64,000 bases of DNA from Deltaproteobacteria bacterium (GTDB lineage Bacteria > Myxococcota_A > UBA9042 > PHBI01): contig SBGO01000356.1 of NCBI GenBank assembly GCA_006226565.1, forward strand, positions 748-64,747. Reading direction: 5' to 3'. This document shows, piece after piece, positions 55,701-64,000 of this stretch (positions are counted from its first letter, which is position 1; each line of letters begins with the position of its first letter). Under the pieces are notes generated by a model. That model was not told the DNA's origin. It searched no databases and saw only the letters and a program-made list of their open reading frames with translations. Both the position numbers and the translations under genes were made by a program.

Positions 55701-58700
55701 GTTCTCGGGCGTCGACGTGTCGGGCGCCGTCGGGCTCGGCGACGGCATCCACCTCAACGGCGGCACCCACACCCTCGTCGACGTCACCGCGAACCGCCGC
55801 GCCAACGGCGTCTACGCGACCGCGGTCACCGACCTCGCGATCACCCACCTCTCGGCCGATCTCTGTGGCATCGGCCTCGCCATCTCCAGCGTCACGCTCC
55901 CGCTGACCCTCTCGGACGTCTCCGCCACGCGCTGCACGACCGGCGTCTCCTTGAGGACGTTCGCCGGGCCCTTCAACGTCGGACCGACCGCCATCACCAG
56001 CCTCGCCGGCAGCGACACCGGCCTCTACCTCTACGGGACCAGCGACCTCCGCGTCCACGACCTCGACCTCGCGGGCCAGAACCGCAGCTTCGCCGTCAAC
56101 GCCGCCACCACGGTCGCCACGACCCTCGAGCACCTCGACGTCTCCGGCACCGGCCAGGGCGTCGGCATCAACCTGACCGGCGCCGACCACGTCGTCCGCG
56201 ACGTCGACGCCCATCAGCGCGCGACCGGCGTGGCCGCCAACGCCGTCACCAACGTCACGCTCGACACGATCCGCGCCCGCGGCGCCCGCTCGTACGGGAT
56301 CTCACTCACCAGCGCGACCCTCCCGGCGACGCTCGCCGCGCTCACCCTCGAGGACGACGCCACCGGCCTCTACCTCACGGGCGGCGCGGGCGGACCCCTG
56401 ACGCTCGGTCCCACCCACGTCGCGAGCCTGGCCGGCACCGGCACTGCCATCTACGACTCGTCCAGCGCGTTCATCGTCGACGACGCCGGGCTCGGCCTCG
56501 TCGCCGCCGGCGCCAGCCACTACACGACGCCGGTGCGCACCTCCGGGTCGCCGGGCCCCGACCCGGACTGCGGCGCGCCGCTCGACGGGGTGACGCCCCC
56601 CCTCGGCGCCGCCCTCACGCTGAACGCCGCCACGAAGACGTACACGCTCGTGGCGGACCTCGACTGCAGCCTCACCATCGATCCCGCCCTGGACGTGGTG
56701 GCCGACGACGTGGTCGTCGACGGCGCCGGCTTCGCGGTCTTCGCCCCCTTCGCCACCGCCGCCGTGCGCGTCTTCGGGCGCGCCAACGTCACCGTTCGGG
56801 ACCTCGACGTCTCCGCGAGCTACGGCGCGGGGGTCGGGGTGCTGGTCGACGGTGGTACGAATGTCAACCTGGTTGACGTCATCGCCAACGACCGCTACCG
56901 CGGCGTGGATGCCAAGAACCTGAGCGAGCTGACGGTGACCGGGCTCGTGGCCGACCGCTCGAGCTTTGCCGGCCTCGACCTCACCAACGTGAGCCTGCCC
57001 CTGACCCTGGGCGGCCTCTCGCTGACCCGTGGCGCCGGGAGCGGGCTCCGGTTCACCGGCTTCGACGGCGATCCGCTCGTCACGGGCGCGCGCTTCGTCG
57101 TGGACGCCGCCGCCGTCACCGACCTCACCGGCAACGACGTCGCGATCGGGCTCGCCGGCACGGTCACCGCGCTCACCCTCACCGGCGCGGCCGGCGCGCC
57201 GCTCGTCCTCGACGGCGCCGAGCATGGCGTCCTCGGCGCCAGCGCGACCCTCGACCACGTCGACCTGCGCTATCTCGACGTCTCCGGTCCGCGCATCGGA
57301 AAGGGCGTCGAGATCGGCGGCGCGGCGGTCACCGTCGCCGACCTCACCGCGCGGGACCGGTCGACCGGGATCGAGACCGGCCCCTCGGCGAGCGACCTCA
57401 CGCTCTCGGACCTGACCGTCAGCGGCGCCTGGAGCCGCGCGGTCTACCTCAACCACGTCACGCCCCCGGTCGCGCTGACCGGCCTCACCCTCACCGACTC
57501 CAACGTCGCCCTCGACGTCAACGACCTCGTCGGCGTCCCGGGCACGCCCACGGTCATCGACACCGCCAGCCTCGCCGACGTCGGCGGCAGCCTCGTCGGC
57601 GTCAAGCTCACCGCCGCCTCGGACGTCACCGTCGCGGGCTACCCGCCGGCCGACCGGCTGCTCCTCACCAACGTGGACGGCGGCGTGGTCGCCACCAGCG
57701 CCCTCAACCACGACCTCGTCTTCACCGGGCTCGACGTGTCGGGCCGCTCGGGTGACGCCAAAGGGCTCTGGGCCTACGGCGACGACATCACGGTGGACGA
57801 CGTCATCGCCGATCGCCGGGCCACCGGGATCCACGTCCAGACGGGCGCCAACCCGACCGTCACCGGTCTGCAGGTGTCCGACGCGAGCGCCGAGGCCCTC
57901 AGCCTCGGGACCCTGACCGGGACCTTCACCCTCTCCGGTCTCGCGCTGACGAACAGCACCATCGGCCTCAAGATCGACGCGTTGAGCCCGACGACGCGGC
58001 TCGTCATCGACGGCACCACGGTGACGAGCTTCGCCGGCAACGCCACGTGCATCTCCGTCTCCGCCTCGTCGAACCTCGGCTTCGCCGACCTCACGCTGCC
58101 CTGCGACGACTACGGGGTCAGCGCGTACAGCGCCACGAACAGCGACCTCCGCTTCGAGCGCCTCGACGCCTCCGGCAGTCGCCACGAGGGCTACGGCATC
58201 CGGACCTGGGGCGCGGACACGGTGCTCGTCGACGTGATCGCCAACGACCGCGCCTACGGCGTCGACATCACCTCGGCGCCGGGCCTCGTCATCGACGGCC
58301 TCGTCATCGACGGCGCCACCAACGGGACGACGAGCGGCGTCGGGCTCAGCATCACGACCGTCCCGGCACCGCTGACCCTGACCGGGCTCTCGCTCACGAA
58401 CAACGGCACCGATCTCAAGCTCAACGGCGTGTCCGGGACCGACGTCGCGCCCCTCGTCCTGGGCCCGACCCAGATCACCGCCATCGGCGGCGACAGCGGC
58501 ACGAACGTCGCGCTCACGAACGTGCAGTACGTCACCGTGAGCGGCCTCACCCTCGACGGCTGGACCTACGCGGTGGACGGTCGCAGCGCGTCCAACGCCC
58601 ACGTCGTCATCGCCGGCTGCGACCTCTCGGGGATGGTCGTGCAGGGCCTCGGCGCCCACCTCTACGGGCAGGACATCGCCGTCACGGGCTGCGTCTCCAA

Positions 58701-61700
58701 CGATCGCGCCTACGGCGTCGACTTCCAGAGCGTCGACGGCTTCACCCTCACCGACTTCAGCGCGGCCCGGAACACCACGGGCGTTTACGTCTACCTCTAT
58801 CCAGCGACGCAGGCCGCGCCGACCTTTGCCGGCCTGCACCTGCACGACAACGCCACCGCGCTCCAGCTCGCCGGCTTCACCCACCCCTACGTCTTCGATG
58901 GCGATCCGGGCCTCGCCTCGCCCCTCGGCCTCGACCTCGCGGGCAACCAGAACGACATCGTCGTCTCCAGCGGCTCGTCGGGGCTCACCTTCAAGAACCT
59001 GGCCCTCCACGGGTGGGGGGCCGGCTTCAAGTCGGACAACGCCCTCAACTCGGACCTGACGCTCGACACCGTGGACCTCTCCGGCTCGCGCCTCGGCGAC
59101 GGGGCGTATTTGAAGGGCTCGAACCTCACCGTCTCCAACGTCACGGTCGACGGCCGCCGCTACGCCCTCGACGTGTACAGCGTGAGCGGGTTCGACCTCA
59201 GCGACGTCAGCCTGACGAACAGCTACGTGGGCCTGTTCCTCCACGGCTTCGGGGCGCCGCTGGTCGCGCCGACCCTGAGCGGCCTGACGCTGTCCGGGCT
59301 GAGCTACGCCATCGCGATGCGGGACACCCCCGGCCCGCTCGTCCTGGACGGCCAGGCCCAGGGCATCACCATCGCCGACAGCAATATCGGCCTGTGGTGC
59401 TACCCCCCCGTGTCGAACGTCACCTTCCAGCACTTCGACCTGAGGGGCGCGCGCAACGAGGCCATCACGTTCTACAACGGCGCCGTGTCGGGGTGTGTCA
59501 TCGACGACGTCGACGCCTCCGGGCCGATGCGCGGCAAGGGCGTCTCCCTGTCCGGTCCGGGCCACACCGTCACGAACGTCACCGCGAACGACCGCGACTA
59601 CGGTGTCTGGGGCTCCGCCGGGCTCACCGGGCTGACCCTGTCCGCGGTCGAGGCGCGCCGCGCCAACACAGCCGGCGTCTACCTCTCCGGCGCGACCGCC
59701 CCGACCCTGAGCGGGCTCGACGTCGCCGGCAGCACCATCGGGCTCCAGCTCGCCAGCGTCACCGGCCCCGAGACCGTCGACGCGTCGGTGCTCTCCGCGA
59801 CCGGCGCCCGGACGGCGCTCCTGGTGGCCGGCTCCCAGGACCTCACGTTCTCGGACCTCGTGCTGCCGAACAACGTCGCCGTGAGCGCTGGGGACCGCTA
59901 CAACCGCGACCTCACCTTCGAGCGCCTCGACGTGACCGGCTCGTGCCTCGGCTACGGGCTCGCGATCGGCGGCGAGGGGGCCCTGGTCGATCACGTCGTC
60001 GCCGGCCGCCGGGACAAGGCGATCTGGGCCTACGTGGGCGACGACCTCGTCATCCGAAACAGCGTCATGGGCGCCAGCGCCACCGGCCTCGACGCGAGCA
60101 GCGCCTCGCTCCGCCTCGACAGCGAGGTCGCCGACGTGGCGACGAACACGACGGCCTACCTCCGACTCCTGCAATCGACCACCAGCGTGAACCTCGATCT
60201 TGGCGAGACGGTCCGGGTCAGCCTGCCGGGGGGCGACGAGGACGTCACGGTCATCGCGAAGTCCAGCTACTACATCACCGTGAGCCCCGCGCTCACCCAG
60301 GTCCCCCCTGCCGGGACGCCGGTCCGCGCGCTCGACGCCGGCGGCGACCGGGTCCTCGTCGAGAGCTCCGACATCTGCGCCAACACGACCGGGCTCCTGG
60401 CCGCCGCGCAGCAGACGCACGCCGTCGGCAACTACTGGCGCTCGTCGACCGGCCCCACCCACGCGAGCAACCCGGGCGGCACCGGCGACCTCGTCAACGC
60501 GACCAACACCGCCTTCGTCCCCTTCGTCCTGGTCCCGAGCGACAAGGACAACGACTACTGCAACCAGGCCCCGGTGGCCGACGCCGGGGCGCCGCAGACG
60601 GTGTGCGAGGGGGACGTCGTGACGCTCGACGCGAGCGCCTCCTCCGACCCCGACGTCGAGCCGCTGACCTACGCCTGGACGCAGCTCGCGGGCACCGCCG
60701 CGACGCTGACGAACGCGGACACGGCGACGCCGACCTTCGTCGCGCCGACGCCGGCGTCCCCGCCCGAGACGCTCACCTTCGAGGTGACCGTGGCCGATGA
60801 CGTGCTCGAGCGCGCCGCCACCGTCGAGGTGGCCGTCGAACTCGGGAACCCGCTGCCCACCGCGGTCGCGGGGACGGACCAGACGGTGGACGAGGGCGCC
60901 CCGGTCACGCTCTCGGCGGCGGGCAGCTTCGACCCCGACGGGACGGCGCTGACCTACGTCTGGGTACAGACCGCCGGGCCGTCGGCGACCCTGACCGGCG
61001 CCGACACGGCGAGCCCGTCGTTCACCGCGCCGGCGGTCGGCCCCGGCGGCGGCCCGCTCAGCGCGACCCTGACCTTCGTGCTGACCGTCACCGACCAGCT
61101 GCCGGCGGGCTACTGCGGGGGCCCCAAGAGCGCCGCCGACAGCGTCGATGTGGTTGTCAACAACATTGACAATGCGCCGAGCGCGGCCGCCGGCGCCGAT
61201 CAGACCGTCGACGAGGGGACGCTCGTGACGCTCGACGCGAGCGGCAGCAGCGACCCGGACGGCGACACGCTGAGCTACGCGTGGGTCCAGACCGGAGGCA
61301 CGTCGGTCACGCTGAGCGGCGCGAGCACGGCCGCGCCGACGTTCACCGCCCCCGAGCAGCCCGATCTCGGGAGCGAGGTGCTGACCTTCTCGGTCACCGT
61401 GAGCGACGGCTTCGGCGGGGTGGCCAGCGACAGCGTCAGCGTCACGGTCGAGGACGTCTGCCCGGACACCGACGGGGACGGGGTCGTCGACTGCCTCGAG
61501 ACCTGCGACACCGATCCGCTCAAGCTCGAGCCCGGCCTGTGCGGCTGCGGCGTGCCCGACGACGACAGCGACGGGGACGGCACGCCGGACTGTGTCGACG
61601 GCTGCCCGGCGGACCCGAACAAGACCGACCCCGGGGTGTGCGGCTGTGGCGCGCTCGATACGGACAGCAACAACAACGGGACGCCGGATTGCGCCGAGGA

Positions 61701-62028
61701 CTGCGGCGGTCAGCCGGACGGCACCGTGGTCGCGGCCGGCGTCCCCTGCGGCAGCGGCGCGTGCGGGGACATCACGGCGGACATCACCTGCGAGGGCGGG
61801 GTGGCGGTGAGCGGGTGCGACGCGGCGATCGCGCAGATCCCCGACGACACCTGCCCGCCGGATGCGCCGGTGGTAGCGTACGCGATCGTGTACGACGCGG
61901 CGGGGGCGGCGGTGGGGACGATCCGCTGCAGCCACGAGCCGTCGACGGGCGCCATCGCCTGTGACGAGAGCGCGCCGGGGACGCTGACGGTGTACCCCGG
62001 CCTCTTCTGCCCAGGGGTGTCCCCGTGA
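52720..62028 (+). CDS. Giant secreted right-handed beta-helix repeat protein (~3100 aa) with three PKD/Ig-like domains and TSP3-like Ca-binding repeats
   Basis: Signal peptide AHA; many DVSG..G.G...VTAN.R..G repeats; PVADAG..Q.V.EG..VTLDAS.S.DPD domains; DTDGDG..DC and CGCG motifs. Confidence 0.9.
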   Translation: MKPAHVTVVTSLLLVAAVNGPAHAANDALCGATLTESLTLTADIDCTGYTGTALTIGADGVVIDGNGHRLLAPDAAYAIFSSAFDDLTVRNLDVAGWCGGVGVYFVNGTGLTLENVHADGRTTGFSISGATDVTLRHLTADSAKTYGLALTSVTLPLQIEDVRLTNAGTGLYLATITGPLTLDAIAFPDLRGDDTSINLAANVHDVTFDGLVLDGAAYGVTASSVTNSGLVFRDVDVSGTSGAGYGLYLGGSQQRLERVTADRRAYGVYTTGVSDLALDDVRAAGATNDGIYLANTVAPLTLRKISVPNCDYGLYISGYEAPIGSPLVIDSYVPATELGVLADTSGCDAPLLLINVQHASVGDPPTAPPLRLDGATYGIHAYSTTNADLTFRHLDLSGRDGTGTGLYLAGSQLTVEDVATDRRSIGYDIRLAADVTLRDVRADNCATTGLSLTTITPPLVLEQLALANNSRGLLINGLASPVGAPLDLGPWVDGVGGAIAAIGGADVSVALSNVQNVLVHDLVLDGRSNGLDAYVASNTGIRVVDVDVSGYHAGRGVILAGSGHELTRVTADNRANGIYLVTASDVAITDLTARRCAEALKFLAYTTAQTPPTLSGLTLTDNSTALTYDTVNAPWTLDGAAAGLNVSGSRTGLAITKSSQLTFQNASFPAEGVTGISVGATNSALTFDTVDVSGHGAGSGMLIASGADFTLTDVTANHRSIGVRATGTSNLVVTNLVARHNASYGLLLEQSSAASGHIAPTLSGLDLRDNDVALYLGGWSLPITLDGATSLGLDTTGSATGVALAGASDVTLAHLTLDNVAFGVDVRTRSDRLTIAHVDVSAHGRGTGLRLGVSTSGTSRAGVDLVLTDVTANRRLTGVATIGADNLLIDGLTATGNKTAGLSITDSTADAGLVLRDLTLSDNGTGLSLTTVSGTAVNPVVIDPFDGTSGAITDLSGCDTGIYVVGSSGLTFTGLAIDGVDYGINAAGGATDLTFSGVDVSGAVGLGDGIHLNGGTHTLVDVTANRRANGVYATAVTDLAITHLSADLCGIGLAISSVTLPLTLSDVSATRCTTGVSLRTFAGPFNVGPTAITSLAGSDTGLYLYGTSDLRVHDLDLAGQNRSFAVNAATTVATTLEHLDVSGTGQGVGINLTGADHVVRDVDAHQRATGVAANAVTNVTLDTIRARGARSYGISLTSATLPATLAALTLEDDATGLYLTGGAGGPLTLGPTHVASLAGTGTAIYDSSSAFIVDDAGLGLVAAGASHYTTPVRTSGSPGPDPDCGAPLDGVTPPLGAALTLNAATKTYTLVADLDCSLTIDPALDVVADDVVVDGAGFAVFAPFATAAVRVFGRANVTVRDLDVSASYGAGVGVLVDGGTNVNLVDVIANDRYRGVDAKNLSELTVTGLVADRSSFAGLDLTNVSLPLTLGGLSLTRGAGSGLRFTGFDGDPLVTGARFVVDAAAVTDLTGNDVAIGLAGTVTALTLTGAAGAPLVLDGAEHGVLGASATLDHVDLRYLDVSGPRIGKGVEIGGAAVTVADLTARDRSTGIETGPSASDLTLSDLTVSGAWSRAVYLNHVTPPVALTGLTLTDSNVALDVNDLVGVPGTPTVIDTASLADVGGSLVGVKLTAASDVTVAGYPPADRLLLTNVDGGVVATSALNHDLVFTGLDVSGRSGDAKGLWAYGDDITVDDVIADRRATGIHVQTGANPTVTGLQVSDASAEALSLGTLTGTFTLSGLALTNSTIGLKIDALSPTTRLVIDGTTVTSFAGNATCISVSASSNLGFADLTLPCDDYGVSAYSATNSDLRFERLDASGSRHEGYGIRTWGADTVLVDVIANDRAYGVDITSAPGLVIDGLVIDGATNGTTSGVGLSITTVPAPLTLTGLSLTNNGTDLKLNGVSGTDVAPLVLGPTQITAIGGDSGTNVALTNVQYVTVSGLTLDGWTYAVDGRSASNAHVVIAGCDLSGMVVQGLGAHLYGQDIAVTGCVSNDRAYGVDFQSVDGFTLTDFSAARNTTGVYVYLYPATQAAPTFAGLHLHDNATALQLAGFTHPYVFDGDPGLASPLGLDLAGNQNDIVVSSGSSGLTFKNLALHGWGAGFKSDNALNSDLTLDTVDLSGSRLGDGAYLKGSNLTVSNVTVDGRRYALDVYSVSGFDLSDVSLTNSYVGLFLHGFGAPLVAPTLSGLTLSGLSYAIAMRDTPGPLVLDGQAQGITIADSNIGLWCYPPVSNVTFQHFDLRGARNEAITFYNGAVSGCVIDDVDASGPMRGKGVSLSGPGHTVTNVTANDRDYGVWGSAGLTGLTLSAVEARRANTAGVYLSGATAPTLSGLDVAGSTIGLQLASVTGPETVDASVLSATGARTALLVAGSQDLTFSDLVLPNNVAVSAGDRYNRDLTFERLDVTGSCLGYGLAIGGEGALVDHVVAGRRDKAIWAYVGDDLVIRNSVMGASATGLDASSASLRLDSEVADVATNTTAYLRLLQSTTSVNLDLGETVRVSLPGGDEDVTVIAKSSYYITVSPALTQVPPAGTPVRALDAGGDRVLVESSDICANTTGLLAAAQQTHAVGNYWRSSTGPTHASNPGGTGDLVNATNTAFVPFVLVPSDKDNDYCNQAPVADAGAPQTVCEGDVVTLDASASSDPDVEPLTYAWTQLAGTAATLTNADTATPTFVAPTPASPPETLTFEVTVADDVLERAATVEVAVELGNPLPTAVAGTDQTVDEGAPVTLSAAGSFDPDGTALTYVWVQTAGPSATLTGADTASPSFTAPAVGPGGGPLSATLTFVLTVTDQLPAGYCGGPKSAADSVDVVVNNIDNAPSAAAGADQTVDEGTLVTLDASGSSDPDGDTLSYAWVQTGGTSVTLSGASTAAPTFTAPEQPDLGSEVLTFSVTVSDGFGGVASDSVSVTVEDVCPDTDGDGVVDCLETCDTDPLKLEPGLCGCGVPDDDSDGDGTPDCVDGCPADPNKTDPGVCGCGALDTDSNNNGTPDCAEDCGGQPDGTVVAAGVPCGSGACGDITADITCEGGVAVSGCDAAIAQIPDDTCPPDAPVVAYAIVYDAAGAAVGTIRCSHEPSTGAIACDESAPGTLTVYPGLFCPGVSP

Positions 62029-63293
62029 GCCGCTTCGTCGCGGTCGTGCTCGCGAGCCTGGCGCTGACGGGACTCGCGGCGTGCCAGCGCGACGCGTCGC
62101 GTCCGGTCGCGGCGTCGGCGCACCTCGCGGTGGCGGTGCAGCCGCTGTCGCTGGCGGGGATCGGGGACGCGGACTACACGCTTCAGGTCTACAACGGGGA
62201 CCCTGCGGGCGGGGGCGAGCTGGTGGCAGAGGCCGCGCACATCACGTCGGAGCGCTACGGAGACGGAGCGGGGTCGCTGAGCTACGTGATGCCGTGCGAC
62301 CCGTCGTCGGGCACGAGCTACGTGCGCCTGGTGCTCAACGGGCTGACCGACAGTGATGGCGCGCCGGTCGATCCCGGGACGTACCGGAACCCGACGCCGC
62401 TCCTGAAGCCGGTGACGTGCGTGGAGGGCGTGGACACGCCTGTCGAGCTCAACCTGACGGTGGCGCGCGACGCGACGCAGGGCTTCTTCGACGTCGCGGT
62501 GAGCATCACGGACAGCTTCTGCGCGGCGAAGTACGACTGCCTGGGGGGCGACGGCGACCCGCTGACGCTGCTCCACGACCCGCTGACGGGCGAGCGCAGC
62601 ACGACCATGGTCTTGGCGTTCGCTTGCGCGTCGGGCAGCGGGGACGCGACCTGGCTCCACATGACGGACGTGTACGTGGTGTGTGCCGATGGCGGTCAGA
62701 CCACGCCGTACTGGCTGTCGCCGGCGGGCACGCAGGGCAACCACGGGCCCGTGCCGCCGCTCTTCTTCCAGACGGCGCTCTACAACGGCGACGAGCAGCT
62801 GCCCGGCGGGGACAAGTGCTACTGGAACCTCGCGCTCGGCCTCGAGGCCGCTGCGCCCGCGAACTGCACCCTGGTGGTCGACGCGACGGTCAGTAGTGAT
62901 TCGTGGCTCGAGCGGGCAGGGCAGTCGCCTGCGGATACGGTCTACCCCTACATCCACTACGAGGTGCCCTTCACGAACGCCGAAGGGCTGCTCGCGTGCG
63001 ACCGCCACGCCCTGGACGCGCCCGACCTGCGCGTCTCGACGGCGTACACCGACTTCGTCGGCGGGACCTTCGCCTACGAGCGTGCGTGCGGGACCGAGCC
63101 GGGGGCCATCTCGGAGGCGCCACGGCTCGGCTGCGGCGGGGACCTCGTCGGCCTCGGGCCGACCGACTGCGTCTTCTCGCAGAGCCCGAGCGGCGTCTCG
63201 GTCGACTTCGGCGGCACCCGCAGCACCACCTACGGCCTCCCGCCCGGGCTGCGCCTCGGCGGCTGCTGCCTCAACCCCTGCTGCCAGCAGTGA
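62025..63293 (+). CDS. Cys-rich lipoprotein, hypothetical
   Basis: LAAC lipobox; GTGA overlap with the giant gene. Confidence 0.8.
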   Translation: MSRFVAVVLASLALTGLAACQRDASRPVAASAHLAVAVQPLSLAGIGDADYTLQVYNGDPAGGGELVAEAAHITSERYGDGAGSLSYVMPCDPSSGTSYVRLVLNGLTDSDGAPVDPGTYRNPTPLLKPVTCVEGVDTPVELNLTVARDATQGFFDVAVSITDSFCAAKYDCLGGDGDPLTLLHDPLTGERSTTMVLAFACASGSGDATWLHMTDVYVVCADGGQTTPYWLSPAGTQGNHGPVPPLFFQTALYNGDEQLPGGDKCYWNLALGLEAAAPANCTLVVDATVSSDSWLERAGQSPADTVYPYIHYEVPFTNAEGLLACDRHALDAPDLRVSTAYTDFVGGTFAYERACGTEPGAISEAPRLGCGGDLVGLGPTDCVFSQSPSGVSVDFGGTRSTTYGLPPGLRLGGCCLNPCCQQ

Positions 63294-63344
63294 GGGTTCG
63301 GCCCCGGGGGGCCGGGCGCCGGATTCTCCTGCCGGGGGCTTCGT

Positions 63345-64000
<656 letters not shown>

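Noticed and set aside
56302..61935. 1877-aa minus-strand ORF and other long Arg/Pro/Gly-rich ORFs
   Set aside because: Shadow or alternate frames of well-supported genes; no motifs.

Overview
This is a high-GC window, probably from Myxococcota (inferred from the FHA/sigma54 regulator, Cys-rich lipoproteins and giant secreted proteins). Its centre is a ~35.3 kb integrative element (5120-40419) inserted into tRNA-Arg(CCG) and bounded by an exact 48-bp direct repeat. The att core lies inside the integrase reading frame, so excision would swap a 7-aa integrase tail for a 118-aa tail ending in an excisionase-like HTH. The element has a satellite/IME-like backbone (integrase, HTHs, primase, DUF927 helicase, candidate iteron origin) with no recognisable capsid or conjugation genes. 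Its cargo is defence-like: a complete type-3 BREX with an inserted HEPN-like/HATPase gene and a deleted pglXI relic, an EVE + NucS-like pair, a four-gene operon with two BrxD-like ATPases and an Lhr-like helicase, an SF2 helicase-amidoligase fusion, a PD-(D/E)XK protein, and IS66/IS3 relics. Just outside attR, a B12-radical SAM + CMPK2-like nucleotide kinase pair is divergent from an operon of sigma-like / unknown / unknown / Lon-protease-TPR genes; this is a candidate undescribed antiviral-nucleotide or signalling system. The flanks hold host genes: oxidoreductase, divergent PurD-like ligase, metallophosphoesterase, TPM/LemA cluster, a ~3100-aa beta-helix protein and a UvrA-like ATPase. All family calls come from motifs read by eye; no searches were run.
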